Translations under genes and position numbers: made by a program
Source of the DNA: Amphiscolops sp. MND2022
Lineage: Eukaryota
NCBI GenBank assembly: GCA_964187785.1
Contig: OZ076409.1
Location: forward strand, 36,272,001 to 36,336,000
DNA: 64,000 bases
Direction of reading: 5' to 3'
Part shown: piece by piece, positions 47,183 to 60,121 of the stretch
How the letters are laid out: every line of letters begins with the position of its first letter
How positions within the stretch are numbered: position 1 is the stretch's first letter
The notes under the pieces: generated by a model
Databases searched by the model: none
What the model saw: the letters and a program-made list of their open reading frames with translations, nothing else
What the model was told of the DNA's origin: nothing

Positions 47183-47840
47183 TGTTACGACATATATTTG
47201 GGTCGTTTTGCGTAGAAGTTGTTCTAACTGATCTTGTTGGAGTATGAAAACTCCAACAGTTTCGTTTTCCATTTCCTCATCGATGTTATCCCTAGCATTC
47301 TCTCTTATTTCAGGTTTTAGGAGCTTCAACATTTCCTTCTGAGATTCAATGAGGAGGGTTTCGATTTCGGATGTTATTTCTTCTTTCAAAGAAGCCCTTA
47401 AGTTCTCCAAAGAACTATTTTCAATGCGAGGAGATTTTGATCTAGAAGGGCCCGCTACTTCTACGTCCCGGATTGTGGAACAGGGATTTTCTACTCCTAT
47501 CGGTGAAACAAATCCTTCACTTACGTTTCTATCACCCTTTTGTTGATCATTCTTTCTTTTCTGGCTTCTTGTTGTTGACATTTTGTTGTAGGAAAGTCTT
47601 ATCTTGGAGAATTGAATTTCTTTCAGAGATACTTTCTTACAAAGTTAGGTGAGAGTTTTAGCGAAATTGAGAATTCAACTGAATTGTACAATTGCAAAAG
47701 ACTGGGTCCATCAGCCAACTAAAATCATCGTATATATACCCTCCTAGCATCATTTGATCACAAGTTAAAATCTTAATTTCCTTCGAACAATTAGTCATTT
47801 CCTGTATTTTCGATGAAAAAATCATTTGTTCCCAATTTTA
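47183..47840 (-). mobile_element. Probable LTR of another retrotransposon (ends ...GTCGTAACA) containing a gag-like ORF start; runs toward the gap
   Basis: Abrupt junction at TGTTACG (47183); minus-strand ORF from ATG 47581 MSTTRSQKRK...SLKEEITSEI (coiled coil). Confidence 0.6.
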
Positions 47841-48040
47841 NNNNNNNNNNNNNNNNNNNNNNNNNNNNNNNNNNNNNNNNNNNNNNNNNNNNNNNNNNNN
47901 NNNNNNNNNNNNNNNNNNNNNNNNNNNNNNNNNNNNNNNNNNNNNNNNNNNNNNNNNNNNNNNNNNNNNNNNNNNNNNNNNNNNNNNNNNNNNNNNNNNN
48001 NNNNNNNNNNNNNNNNNNNNNNNNNNNNNNNNNNNNNNNN
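47841..48040. other. Assembly gap (200 N)
   Basis: Run of N. Confidence 1.
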
Positions 48041-48770
48041 CTTTTCACAACAAAAAGATTCACTACAAAATACTTTAACCTATTAGATGCACGTAGAAAC
48101 GTAGTTGATTCTTTGTTTTTTTTTAAATTGAATATGCCGCAACAATATATCGCAACAATTTTCTCATTACAAAGGTAATGCCCTGCACGTTAGTAAACAA
48201 TTCGTGCGCTTTTCATTTTGCGTCCTTCGCCAACCTAGCTTTTTGCACGCGTTTCCATGTTTTTTGCTCGTTTCTTGATCTAGCAAGATGGGAACTGCAA
48301 AAGTCAACGCCTTGTCCAAAGCAAAAAATAGCAAAAGTACTTGAAAGCGTCATTCTCTGTTTGGATTCTCTTATGAGTGAATTCTCAATTTCGCAGACCG
48401 GAATTAAACCAAAATGGACACTTTTTGGGCATAAATGGGCTTTTTGCTTTTTAACAGATGCTCTTACCAGAAACATCAGAAGTTTCTGCTTCTTTTCTCA
48501 ACTGAATCATCAGAAAATACAAACCCGTGAATCTTGAAATGAAAGTTTTCCCAAAAAAGTCGCACAGTGCCGAGAAATTCAAGGCAAACACTTTGGTTTT
48601 AAAGTTTTTTCATTGCTTTTATTCTCACAAGAAGCAACAGAAGACCTAAGCTTTTCTCACCAGAAAAACCAATTTCCCGATTATTATTGGTTTGCCCAAA
48701 GTTCTCAAATCGTGTTGGTTTATCTGATGCCAAATTTGAGTTTTCTTGGGTCACTTGCATTTACAAACTT

Positions 48771-49326
48771 AAACAAGCCGGGACCGGCCCAAGTCGGCGC
48801 CATATCTAATGCTCAAAAATAGTAGAAGGACTTCAAACTGTCAAGTATTTTCTTTTACAGTGCCCGAAAAACCCAAAAGTTGGACCGAATTGGCGCGCTG
48901 AAAGGGGGACCCCTTCAACATTTCTGTTGCAAAATATCAAAAAATTGAAAAGGGACCCTTTGAAGACTTCAAAAATTTACCGAAAAAAGTCTCACAATGC
49001 CGAAAAAAACTGAAAGGGGACTCTTTGTGATTTTTCAACATTCATTCTGTCGCAAAACTTCATTAAAATTGAAGGGACACTTTGAGGATTTTTTTTCGAA
49101 CAAAAGTGTCACAATGCTGAAAAAACTGAAAGGGACCCTTTAGTCTCGCCCGGTATTGTATGTTACGCGTTACCTTTTTGGTTCAGTTCCCTGGGCCAAC
49201 AGGTACAATTTAAAATTTTGTAGAACTTTTGGTAGAACTATTTTGGTCACTTTAGGTGAATCGAAAAGACACTGACGAAAAGCCATGACTATTGTCGACT
49301 CTTTTCTTAAGAAAAGGGCCGACTAA
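48771..49326 (-). mobile_element. Family-A HINE-like element
   Basis: AAACAAGCCGGGACCGGCCCAAGTCGGCGCC...GGCCGACTAAAAAA; internal repeats of CACAATGCCGAAAAAAACTGAA(A)GGG. Confidence 0.65.
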
Positions 49327-52300
49327 AAAACATTCCCATAGTTTTAGATGCCTATGTTTTTGACATTTTTCAGTCAGCATCAAAATGCATAAAAATTCCT
49401 ACTGCTACAAAATCGTTTTTTTTTCAAAGTGTTCCTTTATTTCTGACTTTTATCCGAGAGGTTTTTGGAGATACTTCTGCTTAGGGTCATTTGTGTAGAG
49501 CCATTTTTCGTAGTTTGTGCTTTTGTCGTGAAATGGTTGTTCAAAAATGACATAAAAGATTTCTCTCGACTATTTTATAGGCCTAATAATTACTTTAAGG
49601 ATGATTTAGATGGAGCCGATTTCGAGGTTTTAATGTAATTTCAGAAAAACGTCATTAGAAATTATCAAAAAGTGGCAATTTTTGACTTGAATTTTCAAAC
49701 AATGCTCCACTATTTTTCCGAGCGCAGTCAAAAGTTTGACATTTTTGGAAGCAATCCTGTTTTGCGAATGTTTGTTCAATTGTTCATTCTCTATGATTTA
49801 TCTTGGGCTAGATTTGTATTCCATTCATTGTCAACAAAATGTTTTCTAAATTAATCTCATTCGAAAAAGAAACATTTTTGAAATAATGGCGCCAGTTTTT
49901 GAGACCTTGATTCAATTTTGCAAGAAAAGTGGTTGAAAGTATTAAGGAATGTCTTGCCCAATCGGAATCAAAACGAGTTTCCTATCGAGAGAGAACTTTC
50001 AGGGTCAGACTAGATTGGCCGATTCGCCCGTCACTTTATAGATTCTTCATTTGATTTTTCAATAATCTGAAATCTTGATTACTTCACATTTTACTTTCCA
50101 ACATGCTAGTTCATTTAGGATTTGACTTTGACATTAGGACGGAAAAAGTAGGAAAAAGTTTTGGTGATTTTGGTGCACGGTGCCAGCTTTTATCGATTCA
50201 ATTATCCCAAGTCACCCCCATTCATTATTTCACAAATTTTGGTTTCAGTTTCACACCAAAACCGAATAAAAGCCACATGTTTAGTTGAGAAAAATCTCAT
50301 TAGGCAATCCTTTGTTTCATTTTCTAAGAAAAAATAAACCAAGAAAAAACATAATCTACAAGCTTCTATTTTACAATCTTCAATATAAAAGAGCTTCAAA
50401 TATACTGCTCGAACGATAACAAAAAAATTCCAATAAATATCGAATTGGTGCTATTTATCATAACATGATTTTTTGCACGCTTGATTTATGGTTTGGACAA
50501 TACGAAGATTTAGCGTGCAATTTGGATTTGCACTTCAAAATGCACTTCTGATAAGGTTACTGAGCTACTTGCTGTCAAACTTACTAGGCCGAAGTTTTAC
50601 AATTCTCTTGAAGTTTGTAGTTTTGTTTGCCGCAGGATGTGTAAATTAGATCATAAAAACTTCAGAACACCCGCGAGTTGAATGGTTTCACTCACAAATT
50701 TTTGTTGTAAATTTTCGATTGTTTTTCGCCTCTTATTGAATACTTTCGGAGCCATCTGTCGTTTTTATATCGTATAATATTATGCCTGTCAATCTACTGT
50801 TTTTTTTACTATTTACGAGACCTATAACTTTATATTATTAACTGTGAGTTCTTTTCCGTCTAAAATTACTTTTTCAAAAATCTCCATAAACTGTGAAATT
50901 ATTCAAACTTAGTCTTCAATACACAAAAATGCAATTACTCGTAATAATCCTGGCGGACCAAAAAAATCAAGCGGACTAAAAATCACAACAAAGAAAACAT
51001 TTTGTGAAAACTTTACTTAGACCCATTACCTCTTATTAGTCCGAGCCATAAAATTCCTAGTGCAGTAACGTTTTTTTTTCAACTTTCGATTGGATAATTT
51101 TCTTCTAATCCTATAAATTTTTATAAAGTTAATGTAAAGTGTAACCAAGGCGCACATTATATACCTTTATTTTGTTTTCAAAACTAGACGAGACCAAAGG
51201 GCATCCCTTTTAGTTTTTCGGCACTGCCCTTTTTCAGTGGAAGAAAGTTTGTTTCACTCAAAAGTCCTACACCTTTTAGACTTTCTTCGACGCTGTGATC
51301 TTTATGTGAATCACCTCAATAAATGCCCCTGGGCATATTTTAAGTATTTTGCCCTATTTGAGTTTTCTACTTTTTTTGCTCGAGATCTATTAAAAATTCT
51401 AGCTCATAGTTGCGTGATCGTTGATACTTCACGTGAACAAACTAAAAGTGACATTGAAGTTGCAATTCGTTCATCTTGATGTTGGGAAAACCCTTGTTGA
51501 ACATGCTTGAACTTTTTACATGTACTTTAATGTTGCCAGCAACTTTTATTATGATTTTCTAAATATCATACGGAAACTTTAATGCGTTAATATTTCACTG
51601 TTGTCGCCAACTTTTATCAAGCTGCTTCAAAGAATCATGAAAGTTTTGGCGGCAATTTCTTGCCGCGAAGTTCTGCAAGTTTCAAAATGCATCAGTTCTA
51701 ATTTTAAATGCAGCTGAGACGTCAACAATTTTGCCGCCATTTTAATGCGAAGTAACTTCATTCACGATGTAAACAGCAAACTAGCGTCATCTTCAGCGTC
51801 CTATTTGAGAAGCGGTGATTAAATCAGATGAGTAGTAGTAGAAATCAATGTGTGAATACAACGTGATCGTGTCCGTAAAAGAAGTGGGAAATATTTTCAA
51901 ATTTAATAGCAGTAGTGGGAAATGCTGTGTAATTCTACAAGATTTACCACCGGAACCTTACTGAATTTTCTAGGTTTTATAAAAAGTTACCCTGCATGCA
52001 GGCCTGCAGCATGTAAAAAGTTCCAGCAGTCTCAACTAGGGAAAGCTAGAGGAAGGAAAATTGTGAACAAAATTTTTTGATTGGCGGATTAAAACGGAAA
52101 CTGGCTTTGCAAGCAAATAATATGTGCTGCCTTGTGAACAGAATAAAGACTACTTTCATTGTATCATTTCAGTTGCCGCAAACATAGCCCCGTGCCTGGA
52201 GGAAGGATTTGATCGGAGGCATTAGTCGATAATCGTGATAATCACGATTGAAACCCACCACTTGGCATTGTTCTCTTTAATTTATTCCAACGACTATTCC

Positions 52301-55300
52301 CTCTTAATCTGCCAGCCGCTTTCCCGCCGGTTGTCTGCCTTTCCATATCCCCCAATATCACTTGTCTCCCTAATTTTCCCGTCGTTGCTCTCCAATTTTC
52401 CCGACTATTTCTTTCGACCGGTTCCTCAGTAGTTTGCAAATTACATCATTCGACGGGATACCGAAGCAAAAATGTGCAACTTCATCTTTGATTGGAAGCA
52501 GACAGGAATTGAGTTGGAGACAAAAGATTAAAAAATCATAAATTCATAAAAGACTCAGTTTTTGTGCAACATCTTGACTTCTTCAACAAGGTATGTCGAT
52601 TAATTCCTTACTTCAAAATCTGTCACCTTCAAAACTTTTTAAAACTGACTTTTAATTGCTAGATTTAATTCGAAGAGAGGATAAAACTCGAATAAAACCA
52701 AAAAGTGTGAGTTGATGGGAGTTTGAACTGTGTAGAAATTTTAAAACAGATGGCTTCCTTTCTTTCTTCGTCAGCTGAAAGCTTTTGGCACGACCTCAAA
52801 TTTTGAAATTTTGGTTTGAAGACTTATTAGAAACTTGAAAAAGATTATCGAAGAGTCAAAATTGAGATTTTTTTGTCCATTCAATAACCTTACCTAAAAG
52901 TTTTTTCGAGAGATTTTCCATTAGTCATGCTCATCTCGAAATTTTTATTCATTGCTTCCGCAGATTTTTAATGTAATGTATTACACATTACGTATTTCAA
53001 TTTCTTTCCTTATTAATTTAGAAGCATCTCGTGGTTTGACCTGAGCCCCTCTCTGGGGAGGCATTAACGGGAGATGAGGGGCATTTGCATATAATAGGAA
53101 GACTTTTAGGATGTGTTGGAGATTTTTACAACGTCTATCAATTCAGACCTGAAAATGTTCTAGAAATGACTAGTGTTATTTGCATTGGTATATATTTAGT
53201 CCAGTGTTTTTTCCATACTAGCATGCTACAATGGAATGAAGTCGGACGATTCGATAAAGTGACCTTAGCAACCCCGTCATTGAGTGATGCACCCGAAGTC
53301 TTCCATTTTCTAATTTTGACTGGCCAAAAGGAACAGTAGGCACAGGCACAGCTACCACCGATCAGGTGCACGGAAGTGTCCAATTTACAATGCAACTTCA
53401 AAAAATTTTACAAAACTTTAATATGACTGCTTCCGAGGTCTTTCACAACTCAATCAGAACTTCTGAAAACTCAAGTTTTGATTATTTCGATTGTTTGAAT
53501 CTGTCGTCTTTGCCAGAGCAAACGTAGGCCAAATACATGGGAAAATGAAAAATGACCAATCAACAGAAAAAAAAACGAAAAAATAGGAATGATATCCTTC
53601 AGTCAGATTAAAGTCAAATAAAGAGAAAAGCGATAATTAACAATACTTAGAAAGACGATGAGATGCAATTTCCATGCTTAGTTGCTCACCAACTCAAAAA
53701 AGTGCATGAGCATGGAAAGGGACGAGGAAAATTGAAGATATCATAATTAAAACTCAGAAGCCATACCATTGAGTGACATTTTATGTAGATATTTTCAATA
53801 ATGTCACCTCCTGTATATTCAATTTCATTACACAATTGAAAATGAATGTTTTCAGTTTTGTTGATAATATTTCCTATTTCACGATCGGAAAATTCAGCAA
53901 ATACCCTTGAAACCTGAATTGCAAGAGACTACGTTTTCAGCCATACAATTGGCAAAAAGTGTGGTTTTTGAAATTCAAATGAAGTGATCCACGATTGGCA
54001 TTTTCTAATTTCTTTTGAATGAGATATCAGCTATTATGAAATAGGAAACATTTAATTTTGATGCTTTCGAAGAGAAGTTATTGAAGAGCGTATGCTTCAA
54101 TGATGTCATCATCTCGACAAAGACTAGATCTTGTTCCAGCAGAATGAATATCAGGGACACCGACAGCTTAGACTGCTTTTTAAAACGTTCGAAGAAGAAA
54201 TTATGTAAATTTGGTCCTTCAGGGTGACTTGCGGAATAACATCTAAAGTTGACAAAATAGTCATAAAATAACAATGTACATCAATCACGTCCACAACAAT
54301 TATTTGGCAATATCCACATTCAGCTCGTAAGCTGCGGCACCACAGGAACAGATTCGTAAATTAGACAAAACGACTCTTCTTTGCGGTTTCCGCTACTTAA
54401 GGTAGTATTTTGCTGAAATAAGGAGGTACCGGGTGTTAGCACCTTTAAAAGAGTCTATTTCCGGAGGTTTTTGCAGTCTCTGGCCTCTGTGATGGCGGCT
54501 GCTCTTGTGTTTTTGCTCGATCTTGCTCTTTATTTTGAAGTACCTGCCAATTTCGTAGAAACAGCGAGCATCACATGCTCAGTGCCACGTCAAACATTCA
54601 GTTAGAATTTTTCACCAAATTTCTTCAATCTCAACATCACTGAATTTGGATATTAGAGGTGACCGTTACAATTATTCATTTCATTATTCAAATGCGTCGT
54701 TCTGAACCTTTAACTGCTTGCTGGAGAGAACTCGCAAACGCTGGACGCGACTTTGTATAAGCTGTTTTTATACGATTTATTTCAAGTTTTTGCGGCATTT
54801 TGTTTTTTTATCATGCCGAAATTGTTTGCCGAAAACGGTACACTCGTGCCAATTTCAGCACCAAAAAACGCTTTCAATTGCCGATAATTGGTCCCTGATG
54901 AATATTCTACGGGACTTACGAAACGACGCCGAGGTCGTTAAAGAATCCGCAAAGAAAAGTCAAAATAGTCGAACTCTGCTTCGAAGATTCTAATAAACGT
55001 TTTTTAAAATGCAGATTCGAATGAATGCTTTTTTCGCAAAATAGTGGAACACTCTGAAGGATTCCCGGAGGATCCAAAAGTTTGATGTATAACACAGACT
55101 CCATCTCACTGGCGTGCTTCACTAGAAAAAGATGGCTCGTTACTGTGCTTCGTTTCACTCTTGTGAGTACTCGACTGAAGGTATGTGCCCGTTGTGTTTT
55201 CAAAGGCCATAAAGCGCCATAATGGCTGTTGAATGTTTAAGACACTTTAGATTAGTCGAAAACTTCTATCAACTTGGAAGTCTTTGATTATCCGAAATGT

Positions 55301-56546
55301 TTGGACTACATTGTTTGATCATGTGCAATTCTAATACTGAAGCGTCCGTGGGGTCAATTCTATAATATTTTTGGAAGAGTTATATATATAATTATTCACA
55401 AAAAAATTTTGAAATTTCTTACTACATAAAAAAGCAACTTTTGTTGATGATCTTCAAGTTTATTGAGTGATGATAATCTTTTAAGAAAAAAACCGTCCAT
55501 GTCTACATCGGAAAACAATTTTAATGTGACTAGTTTTTATTTTTTGCCCCATCCCATGCAGTTCAAAGAGGTTGTTAAAATATTGGCTGTAATTTGAAGC
55601 ATTACCAGAAGGCTGAAAATGTTCGAAAACCAGTTTCAATGAGTGACATTAAAGGTAACAATAGATAACGGAGAAAATATGTCCGTTGAAAATGAAGTAA
55701 TTTCCCAATATTTTCATACAATATCAGAACTAAACGTCCATGTTCTCTCGTACTTTTCATTTTGGTTGTCTTTCAGTTTGATCTAGACAACCCTACGGCT
55801 CAATGCGGTAAAAACGGCGCCCATAGTACAAGATAAAAGCGGCAGTTTTCTGAAAATACTTTGTAGTGATTGTTGTAGACCAGAAATTCACCATTTTAGG
55901 ACTTAAATACTTAATTAACATATGCATTTATAGATTAGGCATCAGGGCTGATTCTTTGAAGATATTCCAAATCAAAATTTTTCGACTATGTGTCTCAACA
56001 GTAAGCCTCGAATCAAAGATCTCTCAAATTATTTTATAAGTATTTTTTTCACTTGTTTTTTTTTTAATTCGTCGAAGATTTAAAAAGCGTGTGATTTCTC
56101 AATTCCGTATTTGACTTGTTCTTTCAGTGATAGAGAAACTTTCACGTGTTGACATTTTAAATACTCTCAAAAATGAAATAGGCGTCCGCTTTTCATATGC
56201 CTTTCGGATGTAAAATTCTCCATAAAATATAATCCTAATATTTTCAACAGAATACCATTGGCATTTTTCAAGAAGCTGTACCGTTTTCTTGTCTCTGACT
56301 GAATACAAATGATTTCCACATTACAACCCTGTACACTGCGCATCTTTGATGCTTTTTTAATGGCGCCACTGTATATGATAACATACGGGACATACAACAA
56401 AGTCATTTAGCACCCTAAGGTGATACAATTCGCTTTCATGTTGGAAAACCAGGCAACCAATCGGATGTTAGATAAAATTTCCATTGTTCAAAAAATAAGC
56501 TCACCAATTTCCCACCAGGTTTTCAAGTGTCGTGTTTTGTATCAAA

Positions 56547-57010
56547 TACCGTAATGTCCGGCGCATAAGCTCCCTTAAATGTCAAGCCGCTAGCCCCAAT
56601 TTTTGGGTCTACCTGGCGTGTAAATCCCCCAAAATTGAAAAAAACCGTGTTTTTTCAATAGTTTGAGTTATAGGAACAACAAAGAAATCATTTAGCATTT
56701 AGGGGTAAAATTCAGAATCATCAACAGTTTCATCTTCCGGAACCTGCACAAAAATGAAATCAAACCACGTCATCATCAAGTTCGTCATCAAAAGGGTGAA
56801 CTGGCACAATATCATAATCTGGTTCTTCACAATTTCCAACAACCTCAACTTCGGTTCATCCAAATTGCTGGAAATGTTTTTATTTTCCGCCCATATTCCA
56901 TATGGGTAAGTAAAATATTTAAATGACAATGTTTTTTTAAACAAGCCATGTTTCAAATTTATATCCATGTTAAAAAGTTTAACTTATCCATGTTTCGTGT
57001 ATTTGTTCAG
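56547..57010 (-). mobile_element. Possible pogo/Tc1-mariner end with decayed acidic transposase-like C-terminus
   Basis: TACCGTAATGTCCGGCGCATAAGC resembles pogo-type TIRs as recalled; adjacent minus ORF ends PEDETVDDSEFYP; second TIR not found. Confidence 0.35.
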
Positions 57011-57039
57011 ATATTTGGAATTCTTTGATTGACCCCTAA

Positions 57040-58300
57040 AGCCCCCAGAATGACCAAAAATGACAAAAACTGCGTTTTGTGCAATTTTTGTTGTCAAACT
57101 TTTGACAAACTTAGAGGATTAGAATGTTGAAAACGTTTGAAAACGAAAAAATCTTTATCCAAAAGGCCCAATTTGAAAGAATCCAAGCAATTTTTTAGAG
57201 AAAAATGCTTCGAATTGTGACCGAAACAAACAAAAATTCCAAAAATTTCCAACATTTTACGGTTTTTTTTGCAATTTTCGTCAAACTTTCGACAGACAAG
57301 GTGGCTTAGAACGTTAAAATTTTCAACAAGGATGGAATTCTTTCAGGAGGTTTTAAAGACAGTCTTTGAAATAGAAAAATGCCTCAAATTGAAACCGAAT
57401 TTCACAAAAAATCCAAAACTTCCCTAATTTTTTAAAAGATTTCTACACCAATTTTTTGTCAAATGTTTAATAGACTTGGTGGCGTAAGAAAGTGAAAACG
57501 AGGGATTATTTGTTGTGAAAAAGGGTTTTGAAGAAATAAAAACTGAAAGAAAAAAATATTTCAGTAGATTTTTGCGAAGAGATAAAAGCATCGGTTTGTA
57601 AGAAGGAAAACTTCAAATAGACACAAAAATAACAAAAAACACAAAATTTTTAATTTTTTGTCGTTTTTCAAATAATTTGTGTTCAATTTGTGACATTTCC
57701 GATGGTTTAGATGGTCCAAAACGTTAAAAGAAGACAAACATAGTTAAACAGTACGCCTTTCTGATCAGAAAGATGTCGTGTTATGTCTCATTTGGAGTCA
57801 TTCTGAAGTGTTTTTGAAACTTCAGAGTGACTGTAAATGAGACAAAAAACTGATGAACTTCGCTGTTTCTTTAGATTTAAATGTTTTTTGTGGACTTTTT
57901 GAACTTTTCGTTATTAGAATGTTGAAAGAGTTCAAATTTGAATACATTTGTTCTCAAGTAGTCTTTTTGAAGTGGTAACGGCATGCTTATATCGGAAATT
58001 TCCAATATGCCCCAAAAAGTCGGAAAAATCACAATGGACACTTTTTTGGTCTTTGTGCCTTTTTGGATGCAATTTTGTGGAACAGGTGACTATTTAGGCT
58101 CCAACCGAAATATCTGCCCAAGCATTACGCCTATATTAGGATATGTGGCAGGTTTCTTAAGGAAAACAGTACCAGTAGTTGTCCAAAACAGTTGACCAAG
58201 TTTTGAAGTTTCCTATTTGCAGAATTTGTAAAGATGTGAAAAAGTTTCGCCCTTAGAATAGTGAAAACTTTTGACAACGAACAAAGGCAGTATCAAGTGG
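57040..58300. repeat. Old diverged tandem repeat, period roughly 180-220 bp
   Basis: Motif AATTTT..GTCAAACTTT.GACA.AC......TTAGAA.GT..AAA recurs at about 57083, 57273, 57450, 57675 and 57880. Confidence 0.55.
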
Positions 58301-60095
58301 GCTCAGTGCAAAAAATGCAGTTTCTTGCGACAAACCTGACTCAAAATGACTCCAAATTTAACGGAAATATCAAATATTCCTATTTTTGATACTGTCATTG
58401 TTTTTTTTCAGATTTGATTTTGATTTTTTAATTCAAACTAAGAAGACGTTGGTGAGTTGAAATCTCCGAAATAATCCAGACATTATAACTAGGCTCGCAG
58501 CAAGGTTTCAATAGGGAAGGTAAAAAATACTTCTGAATGACCCAAATAATTCCAAAAATGTAACGTTTTTGCCGTTTTCATGCAGCGTTTCCGTACCAAT
58601 TTCGGCAAAATCGTGTCATACAATAGTGTAAATACTCAACGACAGAGCCTCGTATCCAGTAGTTGTTTCTGTCAGCTTTAATGCAAGTTCTTGTTCGAAT
58701 TGGCCTTGAAAATACCCCACTATTCAAAATGACAGAAAAATTAGTTTTTTGTCGACTTAGTACCAATTTTGTCCATTTCACGAAATTTTTTGAAGAATAG
58801 ATTTTTCATTGACCTAAACGTTGAAACAGTAGGCTCTTCAAAACGCTACTTGGCAGAGAAAATGGAATAACTTTCATCGAATTTGAGAACAAAGCACGCA
58901 GAAGTTTTTTCTTTATCGACGACAATAGAAATTCCATAGGATCAGGGTTGAAACATTTAGCTACCAGTAGGTCTCGAGAAAAACTGCAAAATGCACTACT
59001 GCAAAAAATAGAATAACCAAGTTACGAAGAAAATTTCTTTGAAATTGTACAGCTCGGTTTTAGACAATTTTGGGAAAGTTTTTTAATATTCATTAACCTC
59101 CAAACGAATTAACTACCCAAGCAGTACGCCTTTCAAAGGACAATTTTGCAGGTTTAAAGGTAGAAAAGTACGCAGAAAAACCCCTAAAAAATAAAAAAGT
59201 CAGAAGTGTTTGACGTTTGCATGCAAATCTTGGGGTGAACAATTTTTGGAAAACTTTTGAGCTATTCATCTGTTAGATTGAAGTAAATGTTCACCACCGA
59301 CTGAATCTGGTACCCAATAGGCTTTTTGGAAAAAACATGCGCTTTTCCGGTTTTGAAGAGCGTGTCAAAAAGACTCAAAGGAGTGGAGAACATCAAATTT
59401 TTCGTTTGAAACTATTTATGACTTTTTCTGACTATATACACAAAAAAATTTGGTAGGTTAAGTACGGTACTGATGTTCACTTAGTTCAACGAGAAAACAA
59501 TCCGGTTCTTAACGTATTATTGAATGAAGTGTTTTTCTTAAAGAAAAATTCTATAAGTGTCGAAGTTTTCATTCCTTTGAACTTCCATAGTTCATTGATT
59601 ACTTTTGGGCCTCAAAATCATGTCGTAGTGGAATAGTTTGTGGCGGAAAATATCCCACTGTTAGTTTTAACTTGCTCTATTTTCAACGATGAACAAGCTT
59701 CTCTGATGGCCCATTGATTTGTACCTTTTTTGATTTTTTTTGGTTTTGTTGAACTTACACAAGAGTTCTCCTAATGAATATGGAAAGAGCATACGTTTTT
59801 TTCGGCGCTGTGCTTTTTTCTTTGAAAAAATTATCTGTATGGTCAAATGGTACACCTTTCACCTTCATAAATGTTTTCTGTCTGAAAATGGCGTTTGTTC
59901 ACCTCAAAGTGCTTTTTTCGCTACTATGACACTTTTTTCCGAAGAAAAAAAGTTGTCGGAAAAAAATCAAAATTTCATTTCATAAATCCGTTTTTTGTTG
60001 TTTTCAGTTTAAAAAACGGTTTTCGAGTCTCATCGGCTGTAAATTTGATACAATTTTCACAATGATGTTATTTTGCTTACTTAAGAAACTCATTT

Positions 60096-60121
60096 TTTAA
60101 CTTGGGCCGTCCTGGCTTGTT
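60096..60121 (+). mobile_element. Family-A hairpin end in the opposite orientation
   Basis: ACTTGGGCCGTCCTGGCTTGTT is the reverse complement of the AACAAGCC..GACGGCCCAAGT end. Confidence 0.5.

Noticed and set aside
47791..48178. ORFs spanning the N run
   Set aside because: Artefacts of the assembly gap.
52231..52249. Perfect 9-bp-arm palindrome AATCGTGAT-A-ATCACGATT, plus an octamer ATTTGCAT near 53083
   Set aside because: Isolated short motifs with no associated gene or RNA; compatible with chance in 64 kb.
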